Source: Cenarchaeum sp. (GTDB lineage Archaea > Thermoproteota > Nitrososphaeria > Nitrososphaerales > Nitrosopumilaceae). From it: 64,000 nt of DNA. Every line of letters begins with the position of its first letter. The stretch's first letter is position 1. The notes under the pieces were generated by a model. It had not been told where the DNA came from, made no database searches, and saw only the letters and a list, made by a program, of their open reading frames with translations. Position numbers and translations under genes: made by a program. The DNA lies in NCBI GenBank assembly GCA_963692915.1, contig OY843584.1:1580827-1644826 (forward strand). The letters run 5' to 3'. Of the stretch, positions 10,645-21,525 are shown piece by piece.

Positions 10645-11399
10645 AAACCTAGATCCACTCTATCAAAAAACCCATTTTCTGCAAGGTGCTCTAGATGATA
10701 CTTAAAGTCAATATCCGCCACTCCCCTAGCGTTACCCCACTTGTCGGTAAAGTCTCGTGTAATAGTCTCTGCGTTTCTATACGTCTCATCATCTGGACGG
10801 TTTCCATCACTCACAATATCAAAATTTATTATTCCAGCTGTGTGGAAATACTTTATCACTTTTCCAAAATCGTCAGTTGATATTATTCCCATGCCGTGAA
10901 TTTGAGCCACACTCCTGATTAACATCTTGTGCCTGTGCTCTGGAAACAAGTCATCTACCGCCCTGACCGTTACCACATGATCTGGTGCAAGCGTCACCTG
11001 CCCCGCGTCATCTGTCGCGCGACATGACACAATATGCGTGCCGTCTCCCAAATGCCAACTACCATAACTACCGCCCCCGTACCCGCGACTTCCTACAATC
11101 TCCTGCGTGTCGCCATTTATGGTGCAATGAATCTGAGTCTCCTCCACACCGTCATCAAAAACAACAAACTCCCTTCTGTCTATGCCATACCCATACTCAG
11201 CATCTCTAGCAGTAACAGACACGTCCGGCGGTGATTTTAGTATCAATGGGGGCAGATCCACCGGCACGTTGTCCCCCTTAGCTTGCGGTACGCCGTCAGC
11301 CTCTTGAGCCATGGCGGTGGGAGCCGCCACAATAAGCCCCAGAACGGCAATAAGCGCAATAGGCACCGAATTCAACGACAGCCCCCCAAAATGGGGCAT
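10641..11399 (-). CDS. Secreted protein with Ig/HYR-like domain and C-terminal thaumarchaeal envelope-type domain
   Basis: Signal peptide ending AMA-QE; GTHIVSCRATDDAG; ISTDDFGKVIKYF..GII pair of repeats; start uncertain. Confidence 0.7.
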   Translation of the reverse strand: MPHFGGLSLNSVPIALIAVLGLIVAAPTAMAQEADGVPQAKGDNVPVDLPPLILKSPPDVSVTARDAEYGYGIDRREFVVFDDGVEETQIHCTINGDTQEIVGSRGYGGGSYGSWHLGDGTHIVSCRATDDAGQVTLAPDHVVTVRAVDDLFPEHRHKMLIRSVAQIHGMGIISTDDFGKVIKYFHTAGIINFDIVSDGNRPDDETYRNAETITRDFTDKWGNARGVADIDFKYHLEHLAENGFFDRVDLGF

Positions 11400-11460
11400 A
11401 TTTAAGCGAAACACGCCACACCCTACGGCGTGGCGGAACAGGGGGCGGAAACCCATCAAT

Positions 11461-11694
11461 CTACATATTGGTCCTTCGGAGCCTGCTGATCTCATCGCGC
11501 ACGCTTTTCTCATAATCATCGCGAGTCGTCCTTTTCATCGTAACCAACGTCCCCGCCTGCCCCGGATCCCGATTATTATTCTCGTCCCACCATCGCATAG
11601 CCATCTTTACGATGTAGTCCTCAAGACCACTCGTGTAATTTTCAAGGATATACACCCTATTCTCAAGGCGGTCATACTTCTCGTCAGTGCTCAC
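11461..11694 (-). CDS. Small coiled-coil protein (related to 18925-19153)
   Basis: LENRVYILE..LEDYIVK vs LEERVSALEDHIIK. Confidence 0.6.
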   Translation of the reverse strand: MSTDEKYDRLENRVYILENYTSGLEDYIVKMAMRWWDENNNRDPGQAGTLVTMKRTTRDDYEKSVRDEISRLRRTNM

Positions 11695-11741
11695 GCGACG
11701 GCGTGGGGAATTTGGGTATTTGAAGTGTTGGGGCGCCCCCC

Positions 11742-11834
11742 GTATGGGGTCAGCACCTAGACCGCACGCATGACCTCGGCCATCACGCCCTTCCCCTGCC
11801 TAGGCATGAACGGGTGGAGGTGCTGACCTCATAC
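11742..11834. mobile_element. MITE, chimeric copy without TSD
   Basis: GTATGGGGTCAGCACCT...AGGTGCTGACCTCATAC; left half like 13745/24771, right half like the inverted left half of 7220. Confidence 0.85.
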
Positions 11835-11884
11835 AGCCAGAATTGGATGATGACATATATAGCTGGAGCCAGTACTTGGATCAA

Positions 11885-12127
11885 ATGGCAAAAAGCGGAC
11901 GGGGAAATAGCGCTGCGAACAATCGTTCCAACTCTATGAACCCAAACAACTCAGCATACGCTGCTTCGCAGGCAAACACAGCAAGCCAAACAGCGTCCTC
12001 GGGGGGACACGGCGGCATAAATGCGTCACGTAACGCGAGTGCGGATTCCCAGAATCCAAACAACCCCAAGTATGCGGCGTCTGAGGCAAATCGTGCCAAG
12101 CAACTCTCAGAGAACAGCGAGGACTAG
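11885..12127 (+). CDS. Small protein with two NPNN repeats
   Basis: NNRSNSMNPNNSAYAAS and NASADSQNPNNPKYAAS; TATATA about 25 bp upstream. Confidence 0.7.
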   Translation: MAKSGRGNSAANNRSNSMNPNNSAYAASQANTASQTASSGGHGGINASRNASADSQNPNNPKYAASEANRAKQLSENSED

Positions 12128-12326
12128 AGTCTGGCAAGTATGGAAAACCCGTGGTCGGCCTGATGTGACCGGCCATTTTTTTTTATTTTTGAAGGGCTTT
12201 GTCAATGAATGTGTTTCATGCGTTTCTGATCTCCAGCTCCCACGGTTGCAACACCGAACACACACAACCAATAGAGTGGCGTCATGCAGTCCCTGCGAGG
12301 CGCCGAAAATATGGCATCTATCACAC

Positions 12327-13115
12327 TCAACACGTACACGTTCCGCGCTCGCGCACGCGTTCACGCACGTGCGCAAATACCAGCTTGAGCATCTTTTTTT
12401 CGTACAGCCTACTGCCGTGCATGACACGGGCGGCAAACTCGTCATCCGTGTCGTCGAGCTCGAGATCACGCAGGGCAAACGTCGTGGCCTGGAGCCATCG
12501 AGATCCCCGCCCCCGAGCCAAGTCCACAAATATCTCAAATGCACCAGGCATTTGCCCAAACGGATCAATGGTGTCCTTTATGCCATCGGTATCGTAGATG
12601 TCAATGCTCATGTCAGTTGAGAACGCGCCATTCTCCAGAAAGTTGAACTCGTAGTGCAGCGGAACCCCCAATGCCTTGGCAATGTAGGCATGCTTTTGCA
12701 ACTTGTTCTGCGCCTCAAAGGTGGTGAGGAGATCGCCCTCTAGAAGGCCTGCCTGCTGCAGACGCTCGATCAGGCTGGCCAGCATTACAATGTTGCTTGG
12801 TTGCTCCAACGCAACGACTTTGGCGGTGGCCGGCTCCGGCATAGACGATTGCGCGTCATTCACGCCGTCCCTTATGGTAGCGAACAGTGACTCGACCTCT
12901 TTTTGCTCCATTGCGAGGAGCCCCACAATTGGCACACAAAAGTCCGCATTGTGTGCCAAAGTAATGGCATTGGCATACATGAAATTACCTGTGCTGCGCA
13001 TATTTTCACCATTGCCCAATTGTGCGCCTTTTAGGATGGGGGACTTGCAAAAGTGCCGTACGTATTGTTGCCCACTAGACGATCTCCGCCGCATACGCCT
13101 GTCCTTGGGAGACAT
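12327..13115 (-). CDS. YwgA/SocA-like (antitoxin-type winged helix) protein
   Basis: KLQKHAYIAKALGVPLHYEFNFLENGAFS resembles the KLQK.VY..G....Y.F....YGPYS signature. Confidence 0.65.
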   Translation of the reverse strand: MSPKDRRMRRRSSSGQQYVRHFCKSPILKGAQLGNGENMRSTGNFMYANAITLAHNADFCVPIVGLLAMEQKEVESLFATIRDGVNDAQSSMPEPATAKVVALEQPSNIVMLASLIERLQQAGLLEGDLLTTFEAQNKLQKHAYIAKALGVPLHYEFNFLENGAFSTDMSIDIYDTDGIKDTIDPFGQMPGAFEIFVDLARGRGSRWLQATTFALRDLELDDTDDEFAARVMHGSRLYEKKMLKLVFAHVRERVRERGTCTC

Positions 13116-13164
13116 GGGTCAAAATAATGGCCATTTGCTATTAAATATTTGTTGAAAACCGCGG

Positions 13165-13200
13165 GTATGGAGCCGACACCTAGACCGCACGCATGACCTC
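13165..13200. mobile_element. Degenerate MITE left end
   Basis: GTATGGAGCCGACACCTAGACCGCACGCATGACCTC. Confidence 0.7.
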
Positions 13201-13273
13201 CACGATCCCTCCCGGCGACGGTAAACCTCGTGACCTGGAGCCCACTCTGGAGGTAATCGCAATCAGTGTTGCC

Positions 13274-13540
13274 CTATACCCTGTCTACGGTATATCGGCC
13301 GGGGTTGTCCTTTTTCATCTGCTTTTGCCGATCCGAAAGTTGGGCATCGCCGGTCTTTACCTCGTGATACCCGTCCTTGACGCCGTTCCTGCAGCCCTTG
13401 GCATAAAAGTCCGAGCCATCGCCTGTTGGCTCCACGCTCTCACAATTGTCCCTGAGGCGCTTTTCAACCTGCCTCTCGCCCTCTTTGCCGCGTTCGCTGT
13501 TCTCTCTGATGGTGCGTTTCTTATCACGCGCTGATGACAT
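13274..13540 (-). CDS. Small PD-(D/E)xK nuclease-like protein
   Basis: G.EGE..V, GSDF, HEVKTG.AQLS..Q motifs; TATATA box upstream. Confidence 0.7.
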   Translation of the reverse strand: MSSARDKKRTIRENSERGKEGERQVEKRLRDNCESVEPTGDGSDFYAKGCRNGVKDGYHEVKTGDAQLSDRQKQMKKDNPGRYTVDRV

Positions 13541-13744
13541 GGGCAGATATGCGACCATTCTATATATTAACCTACCTCAGATGGCGTGCCTGGCCACGCG
13601 TCCAAAACGTGTCTTGCAAGGGGAGAATTGATGTGTCTGGCATACTCGGCTCCCATCCTCTATCTGGGTTCGCGCAGAGTCTATTACGACCGTGAGCGCC
13701 TTTGGCTGGCAGTTGCTGAAAGATGGAAGCTTGAGGTCTCCGCA

Positions 13745-13858
13745 GTATGAGGCCAGCACCTAGGCCGTGCGCATGACCTCCTCGGCCACGCCCTTCCTCA
13801 CGGTCTTCCACGCGAGGAAGCACGTCAGGATGGGCGGACAGGTGCGCTGACCTCATGC
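13745..13858. mobile_element. MITE copy
   Basis: GTATGAGGCCAGCACC...GCTGACCTCATGC. Confidence 0.85.
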
Positions 13859-13891
13859 CTGTTGGCCTGTCAACGATTTAAATAATCAACC

Positions 13892-14455
13892 TTGGCTAAC
13901 GCGTCTGTGAAAGAGCGATCTGGATATAACTGGGAGGACATATTGTCCACACGCTCAGCCAAGCGTGCCAAGATGTTCATACAATCTGCTTTTGAGCGTA
14001 AACCTGACAGGATTATGCCTTTTGATGCAAAAGAAGCCAATTCCATGCTCGCGTACGCTATCAAACAAGCCTCAAAGAGCCCAAACAGTGTTGGCGAGCA
14101 CATTCATCTGGGACTCCTCCTGACCTATGTTGGATATTACCGGAGGGCCGTTGAGGCCTTTGATCAGGTGATTGAGCTTGATCCCGATTATGCAGATGCT
14201 CATTCTTATCGCGGCACTGCTTTTTTCGAGCTGGGTTGCGACTCGGCCGCGCTTGCCGCATTCGAGCGTGCCATACGGGCATCCCACGGCAGCAATGCTG
14301 CTTATTTTAATCTGGCTTTGGCCTTGGCTCTTCTTGACCGCACACCTGACGCCAAAGAACGGCTACAATCCATGCTTTCGAACAAGCCACGCGATACCGC
14401 CTTGTTATTTCTTCAATGTGATATCCGTCGTGCAATGGAAATTCGAGGATGGTGA
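13892..14455 (+). CDS. TPR protein
   Basis: About 3 TPR motifs (AVEAFDQVIELDPDYADAHSYRG); start uncertain. Confidence 0.8.
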   Translation: MANASVKERSGYNWEDILSTRSAKRAKMFIQSAFERKPDRIMPFDAKEANSMLAYAIKQASKSPNSVGEHIHLGLLLTYVGYYRRAVEAFDQVIELDPDYADAHSYRGTAFFELGCDSAALAAFERAIRASHGSNAAYFNLALALALLDRTPDAKERLQSMLSNKPRDTALLFLQCDIRRAMEIRGW

Positions 14456-14468
14456 ATCTGATCTGGGG

Positions 14469-14975
14469 TTGGCGTTTAGGGAACTAGACGACACTACCCG
14501 CAAATACATGATAAAGGCGCTAGATGAAGACGAGTCTAACGGCCTCATTGTGTCTAAACTGATGACTGACGTCGGCCTCGCGATGCTTCCTAGTGCACTC
14601 CGAGACTCGATTTTGCGTGGAGATGAAAATACGCTTGCGTCCAGCATGAGAGACTTTGAGTTTTGGCTGCCCCATGATGCGGCAGGTAAAACTGTCAACG
14701 CATTGTCTAGCAGCAAACGCCTTGCCATGACTGAGTTTAGCACAATGTACACTAGGGGTCTGTGCCTTAGGCTAAAGGACGACGGAGTGTCCAAGTGTCG
14801 CGTGTATCGTGCAGGATACGCCAAAAATCCCCGCTGCGAGTGTGCCTCACGAGAAGGCACGCTTGTTGACGTGGACACATTGCTTGCAAACCATAGGCAG
14901 TATGACAGTCCTGGCCCGAGAATACCGTTTGGGCCAAACTGCCACCACTCCATATGTAGAGAGTCTGATGATTGA
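14469..14975 (+). CDS. Conserved hypothetical protein
   Basis: Protein-like C-terminal part of ORF 14172-14975 (EF..MYTRGLC..VYRA..PR..EG..GPN); TTG start assumed just after the TPR gene. Confidence 0.65.
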   Translation: MAFRELDDTTRKYMIKALDEDESNGLIVSKLMTDVGLAMLPSALRDSILRGDENTLASSMRDFEFWLPHDAAGKTVNALSSSKRLAMTEFSTMYTRGLCLRLKDDGVSKCRVYRAGYAKNPRCECASREGTLVDVDTLLANHRQYDSPGPRIPFGPNCHHSICRESDD

Positions 14976-15158
14976 CGGTGTTTGAGCCGACCCTGCACTT
15001 CAACACATGTGTGAATTTTTGGTCAAGACCTAGCTTTAAACTCTGCCTTTCTCTTTAATCCCCAGGCCTCAACAATGCCGTGTATAGCTGTGACGTGCCA
15101 CACTGTGGAGCACTACTCGCCAAAGTTTGTGGGCACGCTACCTCCCACCCCTGCCCCA

Positions 15159-16493
15159 TCACGCATACGGCGTCTCCAGCGCCTTTATGACGAGCTCCAT
15201 CGTGGGTGGATGGACCGGTGACGCACTAGACGCGCTCTTTACCAGTGCGCACCGATAGTGGCGACCCATGTCCCTTGCGATGAGCACGCCGCCTAGCCTC
15301 TCATTTGAGCCAATCCTTGCGCTCAGCTCGCCCAAAAAGTCGACGTCATCGACATAGTCGCGCGGGTCCTCGATTATGAGCAGCGACTGGCGCGAGCCAA
15401 AGTACCCTATCTGGCTCTTGGAGAGGACCTTGCGCAACAGCCTCCTGCGCGAGTTTGTGTGGACCATCTGCCCAAACTCCATGGCCGCCACATCGCGCGA
15501 CGTGTATGCCTCGATATAGCAGCCACGAACCCGAAAGTCGGCCCTCTTGCCTGCCTCCATGGCCGGCCCCAGCTCTATCTCCGGGGTCTGGGCCGCAAGA
15601 TGGACATAGAGGCGCATCTCTAGGGCGGACTGGAGGAATTCTCTTCCGCACAGGCCGTCTCTCCAGGAGGAGAGGTCTTTTTTTGCGTAAACTGTCGTGT
15701 TCCCTGATTCTATCATGTTGACCATCGACTCTAGGGTGTCTAGCGTGTCTGTCTGGGCGTTTTTCTTCTGTTGGGATGACATTGCCGCCGATGTGCAATA
15801 GACGATATCTGCCCTCCTTTTTAGCAGGTTTATGATCTTTTTTGGGGATAGCCCCAGAAATTCATGCAGGTGCGGATAGTGGGATTTCAGCCATGGCTCT
15901 AGCGTTTTTGCGGGCTCTAGGTATCTCTTTGCGTAAATGTCGCGCGAAATGTCCAGTGCCCTCTGAAACTCGTCGGCCTTGCCATTGCGCGTGTCAATGT
16001 CGATATCGAGTGAACTGGCCCTTTTTTCCAGGAGGTTTAGGAACTTTGGCGCCAGGCTCCTGTGGGCTTTTGGGTCTTGGCTCGTGATGATTCTGCTGAT
16101 TGTGCAGTTGATGAGATATTCCACTAGAACGCTCTTTACTGTTTTCTGCCCTTCTTTCTTGTCAAGGTCTAGCAGGTCGCCGCACACCTCGTACATTTCG
16201 TCATATCTCTTGCGCTGCATGTATACCCTGTCGAGTATGGCCATGGCGAGGCTGTAATTTACATGGCGTGTCCTGATCATGCCGATAATGCCTGCCCTGA
16301 GCGCCCGCGTTGGGCGGTTTTTTTGGCTGATCTGGAGGTTTAGCGTGTCTAGTCTATGCCATGCCGCTGCCAGGCCGTCATTGCCGTTTGCCGCCCTGTC
16401 GCATATAAGCTGCAGCTCCTCGAGAATGACCCTGTCGTGGGATGTCAAGGCCTTTGGGTTCATCGGTGTTCCGGGACTGGCCTTTGGCTCCAT
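15159..16493 (-). CDS. Helical N-terminus plus PD-(D/E)xK-like nuclease (paralog of 31817-33172)
   Basis: LEMRLYVHL..ELGP..GKRADFRV..YIEAY..SKSQI. Confidence 0.8.
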   Translation of the reverse strand: MEPKASPGTPMNPKALTSHDRVILEELQLICDRAANGNDGLAAAWHRLDTLNLQISQKNRPTRALRAGIIGMIRTRHVNYSLAMAILDRVYMQRKRYDEMYEVCGDLLDLDKKEGQKTVKSVLVEYLINCTISRIITSQDPKAHRSLAPKFLNLLEKRASSLDIDIDTRNGKADEFQRALDISRDIYAKRYLEPAKTLEPWLKSHYPHLHEFLGLSPKKIINLLKRRADIVYCTSAAMSSQQKKNAQTDTLDTLESMVNMIESGNTTVYAKKDLSSWRDGLCGREFLQSALEMRLYVHLAAQTPEIELGPAMEAGKRADFRVRGCYIEAYTSRDVAAMEFGQMVHTNSRRRLLRKVLSKSQIGYFGSRQSLLIIEDPRDYVDDVDFLGELSARIGSNERLGGVLIARDMGRHYRCALVKSASSASPVHPPTMELVIKALETPYA

Positions 16494-16904
16494 GTGCCAT
16501 GGTGGTTATGGGGGCGTATATTGAACGTTGCAGTGTGATGGCCTTTGGGTGCGGTTTGGCGGCTATGGCGCCCAACGGTCGTGGCGTGCTGCGAGATCCC
16601 GCGTTTGCCCACGGCCGTTCATGGCGCACAGGGAAAGTTTGATCATGGCACGAGCCCTTGCCCGTCAGTATGGGCGCTGACCCCATTACCACGGTGGCGA
16701 GGCAGTACCCTGAATTGGGGCTGTGTTTCACGCGGCAGCAGTTGTGTGCGGCCCATGGGTGGCAAGTCGAGCCGGGCCTCGGGCCCCGCCGCCCTTGCGG
16801 GGTGGTCAGGACCGCAGCCCCCATTTCACCGCTGCTGTGGCAGGCGGCAACAGGTCAGGCCACAGGACAATGGCATCCGCAGCATCAGCATCACGCCTGT
16901 CGCA

Positions 16905-17018
16905 GTATGAGGCCAGCACCCCATGGCCCGCTCATGCCTAGACAGGCGCGAAAGCGGCAAGTAGATCGACAGGATACGCCTATTTGGTCAAATGAGCAGA
17001 AGGGTGCTGACCTCACGC
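16905..17018. mobile_element. MITE with 8-bp TSD
   Basis: Close copy of 7220-7332; CTGTCGCA at 16897-16904 and 17019-17026. Confidence 0.9.
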
Positions 17019-17145
17019 CTGTCGCATGGGCCAATGCCTAAATAAAGAGTGCCCCGTGCCTTGGGGCAGTCGTGTGGCGCTTACGAGCCTCCACAGGCGA
17101 GCCGGTTCTGGCTTCGCGGCTCTTGCCGGGTGGCCAGGACCGCAT

Positions 17146-17889
17146 TCATCTATCGACTGTGCCATAAGCCATGTGGGAGATCTTTGGCTCTAGGAGGGCA
17201 CACCATCGCGCAAATGGGCCTGCGTCATTTTTCTTGCTGACCCTGGCCACGATATATGCAATCACATCTGCCAGCTGGACCAGATTGCAGGATCGGGAGC
17301 CCACAAACATCGGCCTGGGAATCGCAGCCTCCTCTTCAGGATTGCCGGCATTCACAAGTGGGCGCAGGGCCTGCACAACTGTCCTGTTCACGGTCCTGTT
17401 AGTCGCGTCATCGTACCTGTCAAGCAGGATCATGTTGACCGGATCAAAAGAGCGCATGAGGGCCCTGCAAAGCATGCTAGAGGCGCCATTCCAGGACTTT
17501 TCCACCGTGTTTGCCGGACTGGACGCGCTATTGGCGGGCCGCTTGTCCATTATGACAACGTTGATTATGGCATCCATGTCTAGCACAATGCCCACAATGT
17601 CATCGAAAATGGCATTAATGCCCTCATTGACAAGGGTCATGTCCTTCACAAGCCAAAATAGGAGATTTTTTAGGGCGTGTGCGTGAAATTCGGCCCGCTC
17701 AAGGTTATCCTCGCCAAAGTGCCTTATTTTTAGCTCTTGAATGAGCACACCAACCCTCCGCGCCTCCCCTGCATCCATCGTGATCGTGACTATGATATAG
17801 TGGGGCGTGTCTGCTATGGCCTTCTCCGAGCGCGACGGGTTGCCGGAGCTGTCGCCGAACGTGAGCAGGACGCCTGTGCAGGGTTTCAT
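17146..17889 (-). CDS. DUF3800 family protein
   Basis: N-terminal FGDSSG, EFH, C-terminal S..LVQLADVIAY. Confidence 0.8.
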   Translation of the reverse strand: MKPCTGVLLTFGDSSGNPSRSEKAIADTPHYIIVTITMDAGEARRVGVLIQELKIRHFGEDNLERAEFHAHALKNLLFWLVKDMTLVNEGINAIFDDIVGIVLDMDAIINVVIMDKRPANSASSPANTVEKSWNGASSMLCRALMRSFDPVNMILLDRYDDATNRTVNRTVVQALRPLVNAGNPEEEAAIPRPMFVGSRSCNLVQLADVIAYIVARVSKKNDAGPFARWCALLEPKISHMAYGTVDR

Positions 17890-18002
17890 TGCGGCCGCTG
17901 CGCGATCATGCCCCTTAAAATGGTTAGATATGGGCAGCGATCATCCGGGGCGCCTGACATTGGCGGATCATAGTTTAGGGCGAGCCGTCCTCGTGGGCGC
18001 CA

Positions 18003-18070
18003 TGTCCTGTGCGTAAAGTGGGAGCGGGGGCAAGATGGCCTGCAGGGCGCAGATTCAGGATCCCCGGGAG
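18003..18070 (+). mobile_element. IS481 left-end remnant
   Basis: AAAGTGGGAGCGGGGGCAAGATGGCCTGCAGGGCGCAGAT matches the left ends at 41741 and 9897. Confidence 0.6.
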
Positions 18071-18106
18071 GTTGCCTGTCCAATAGTCCCACACTATGCC
18101 ATGTCC

Positions 18107-18574
18107 TCAGGATGATCTGCGCGTGCGCGGGGGGTGTTTGATGTACGCGTGAATCAAGTCGACGATGTACCATAGTTCTGCCAGGATGGGAAAGATTGCA
18201 GGCTGGCCAAGCTTGTGCGCAAGCTTTGCGGCCGTTGGCACGTTCTTGTAGAGGTTTGGATCCAGCGAGACTGCCCGGTCAAAAGAGTGGAGTGCCTCAA
18301 GACGCCGGCCAAGGCCGAGCAGGTTATACCCCATGCATAGGTGGGCGAGCGTATCATTTGGGTTCTGGCTAACGGCAAGATCAAGATGCGGTAGCGCCTC
18401 GGCATGGCGCCCTAGAAGACACAGGATGATGCCCATGTCCCTTGGGTCTGCGGGGGCGGGCTGTCTTTGTGGTGCGGGCGTGGGCTGTCTTGATGCCTGG
18501 GTGATGAGCGCAAGGACGGCGAGAACTCCGACTCCCTTGAAAAAGTCACCCAATGCGTCATCAAGCTGACTCAT
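18107..18574 (-). CDS. Small membrane-anchored TPR protein (paralog of 7489-7950)
   Basis: MSQLDDALGDFFKGVGVLAVLAL; same upstream and downstream flanks as the paralog. Confidence 0.75.
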   Translation of the reverse strand: MSQLDDALGDFFKGVGVLAVLALITQASRQPTPAPQRQPAPADPRDMGIILCLLGRHAEALPHLDLAVSQNPNDTLAHLCMGYNLLGLGRRLEALHSFDRAVSLDPNLYKNVPTAAKLAHKLGQPAIFPILAELWYIVDLIHAYIKHPPRTRRSS

Positions 18575-18785
18575 GGGTCTCCTTGGGGGCCTTTGCAAAT
18601 TTAAGCATTGCTTTGGAGCGCGCGCGTGTGGGGGGCGAGGCTTGCGTGCTGTGTTGGTGCCTGTTTGCGCTCTGCGAGCACGCCGGTGTCGCGCCCACGA
18701 ACGGCTCCGCCGGAGGGCACTGCGAGACGTGGCAGTGCGGCGAGGGACAGGCCTACCAGATCGGGGGCGTCGAGGTCTAAGCCAG

Positions 18786-18873
18786 GCGTATGTCAAGCCT
18801 TCTGACGTGGGAGGCCATGGGGAAGAGCGTGGTCGAGGAGGTCATGCGCGCGGTCTAGGTGCTGATCTCACAC
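18786..18873. mobile_element. MITE copy, inverted relative to 24771-24870
   Basis: GGTCATGCGCGCGGTCTAGGTGCTGATCTCACAC right end. Confidence 0.8.
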
Positions 18874-18924
18874 GCCGACATCCCAGTTTAATTTAATAAC
18901 AGGCATGGTTCCTCGCGAGGGGAT

Positions 18925-19153
18925 GTCTGACGACAAGGAGCGCATAGCATCGCTTGAGGAGCGCGTCTCTGCACTTGAAGATCATATTATTAAGAAGGAA
19001 GTTGTTAAACACCTTACGCATATGGAGCGAGTGCAAAACGGACTTTGTCTCGACGACGACGGGAAGCTGACCGAGAAGGCAAGACAGATGTATAAAGAGT
19101 TGGAAAAGGAGGCTAGGGACAACCTGAAGCTTCATAAATCGCGATTGATATAA
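18925..19153 (+). CDS. Small coiled-coil protein
   Basis: MSDDKERIASLEERVSALEDHII; TTTAATAA box upstream. Confidence 0.65.
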
Positions 19154-19310
19154 CCCTTGCTCACTGTCCTGACGAGTATGGACTGTACTGAGTTTGGCGA
19201 GTCATGATAAATAGCACGACTCGCCGTGCCGCCGTTATTGCATATTCACATGACACCTCTCCCAACATGTCCCCAACAGTTAAACGCGCCTCCGCCCCCG
19301 CTCCGCGCTG

Positions 19311-20322
19311 ATGACCCTAGTCGAGATGGCTCAATATTTTGCCGACCACGCCGCATCTGACCTGAAACAGGCCCAGACCATAGCCCGCTCAGATCGGTCA
19401 GGCCACGCGCTTGCCACCGCAATGTACCTGGCACAGCAGTCTATTGAAAAGCAGATAAAGTCAGTCGCCATCAATATGGACAAAAAGATGAAGCTAGGCA
19501 AGAGTGAATCGATTACCATGTCACTTGGGCACAAGCTCTATCCAAAACTGTCCGAGATTTATAGCGGGCAGATTGCCAACCTTGACGCCCCACCGATCTT
19601 ACCAGATTGGTTCCATATCGAGTATGGTGACCAAGAAGCCAAAAACATGGCTATTGTTGGACGCATATTTGGAGCGATTAGCGAGTTTTGGACCTTGCAC
19701 TCTAATGATGCCACGCTAGAATCCCTGCTTTGGCAAAACTCGATGGGCGTAACACTGAAAGAATGTGACTTGGTATCGCTAAATTCCAAAGAAAGTCTAT
19801 ATCTACAAAAATTCCTTGATATTATTGGCAAGAGTGACCACAAGATTTCTCAACGAGTTAACAATGGCCATATGCAACAACCCATGCTTGCCGTTATTAT
19901 GGATAACGATTTGCTTGCAACATACTGTGACGAGTATGCTAACAGTGATGGCAACGTCACTGAACACAGAAAGTTAACGCAAACTTTTGACAATCCAAGA
20001 TTTTTCTCCGCCCATTTTCCAAATCTGTGGCGAAACAGCTTCCGACAAAATTTTGGCTCAAAATATTGTTTTTTCTTTTTGCGTACAAATATTGATCTCT
20101 CAGCAATTTCAATACATGCCTCTATTCTCCAACCACAAATATGGGCGCTATCCTACGAGGCTTGAAAATGAGCGTATCACAACTGACATGTATGAATCAC
20201 AGATGGATCGTGTGCTGGACTATCTATTTGTCGCCATTCCATATCAACTCGACCAGCTACGTGTCAACTCTGATCGGCATGACGTGCTGCTGGAGATGGG
20301 GCATGAGTTTGGGTATTGGTAG
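19311..20322 (+). pseudogene. Long HEPN-domain protein, frameshifted near 19990-20040
   Basis: AMYLAQQSIEKQIKS..LGH in one frame; C-terminal YGRYP..ITTD continues in ORF 19987-20322; colinear with 33741-34757. Confidence 0.8.
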
Positions 20323-20474
20323 TGCGCATATGGCTGAGGGCACTTGGGGTTTTTTGAGTGTGGGAATTCTGCGCCTTGCCACAATGGTTAGCGTGCCTGT
20401 TCCTCTCTTGTAGTGTGCGTGTAAAACACACACAATACGTTACCTAAATATAGCAGGGCACGGGATGCTGATTC

Positions 20475-20957
20475 ATGCCTTATCCCTATTGCCCTAAATG
20501 CAAGGGTCTCGTGACACACAGTATGAGCGTATCGGGATATCAGTGCACGTTGTGCAAGAGCGTGTTCCCGGATAAGGACGGCCTAGATGGCGAAGATGAC
20601 CTGGGCGGCGAGGGCGGCCAACGCGGAAGCCTAGACCTAGGCCTGGGTCTAGGTGTAGGCCTAGGCTTAGGCCTAGATGGAGGCTCGAGCGACAGGGGAG
20701 GCGCAGACGAGGAGGACGAGGAGGACGATGCGCCAATTGACTCGACTGCAGCCACGGACACTTTTGTCGATGAACAAATAGTTGAAGAATACGAGGATGA
20801 ACAGGTAAATGAAAACACAAATGGCGAATCTCATACAACGTCAGACCCCCCACGAATTCCCCATTCACAAAAGCATCTCTTGAAACTTTTGAGTGGATTG
20901 GCGGCCGCTATCACAATACTAGTGGGCATTCTTTACATCTCTTCATTTTTTAGTTGA
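20475..20957 (+). CDS. Zn-ribbon, acidic linker and C-terminal TM anchor protein
   Basis: CPKC..CTLC; LG repeats; hydrophobic tail ending FFS. Confidence 0.75.
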   Translation: MPYPYCPKCKGLVTHSMSVSGYQCTLCKSVFPDKDGLDGEDDLGGEGGQRGSLDLGLGLGVGLGLGLDGGSSDRGGADEEDEEDDAPIDSTAATDTFVDEQIVEEYEDEQVNENTNGESHTTSDPPRIPHSQKHLLKLLSGLAAAITILVGILYISSFFS

Positions 20958-21268
20958 TCGTTGGTTCTTGACAGAAACAAGGATTTATGAGACATTGGTC
21001 ACTGAATACCACCTGTGTCTAACCGGACTAGTGGCTGCCTTGAGTTTATTGGCAAAATATCCAAATGTGACCGAGGTTCTGCGACGTGCCGATCCAGAGG
21101 CGTCCGGGCTGATTCGCCCACATCCCTAGGCCATGGAGAGGCGCGTAGATGTTACCCTATAACAATTGCACACTTTGGAGTACTTCCGTCCTCTGATGTT
21201 GAGCTACCATGGGAATCAGCTAACACAATGGTCATAGCTAACAGGCGCCTACCTACCTATACTGCCGA

Positions 21269-21487
21269 TCAAGAGTCCGTGCCGGCTTTGAGCGACGTCC
21301 GGGCCAGGTGGGACATCACGTCGAGCCGGTACACCCCGTGTGCCTGCAGTGCCGTGACACCGCCGTCCGCATCTCCCCCAATGGTGGGGTGGTGCTCGGA
21401 GACCGGCAGCGCCCGCCTTGCCTGCCGCCACGCCCCCTCGATCGCGTTGAGGTGCGACGAGCCTGAGGGCAGCCCGATCAGCCTCAC
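21269..21487 (-). mobile_element. IS630/Tc1-family transposase C-terminal remnant
   Basis: LIGLPSGSSHLNAIEGAWRQAR matches the LP.YSP.LNPIE..W motif. Confidence 0.7.
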
Positions 21488-21525
21488 CGGCTCTGACTAT
21501 TGCGCAGGTTATGGCCAGAGGATTG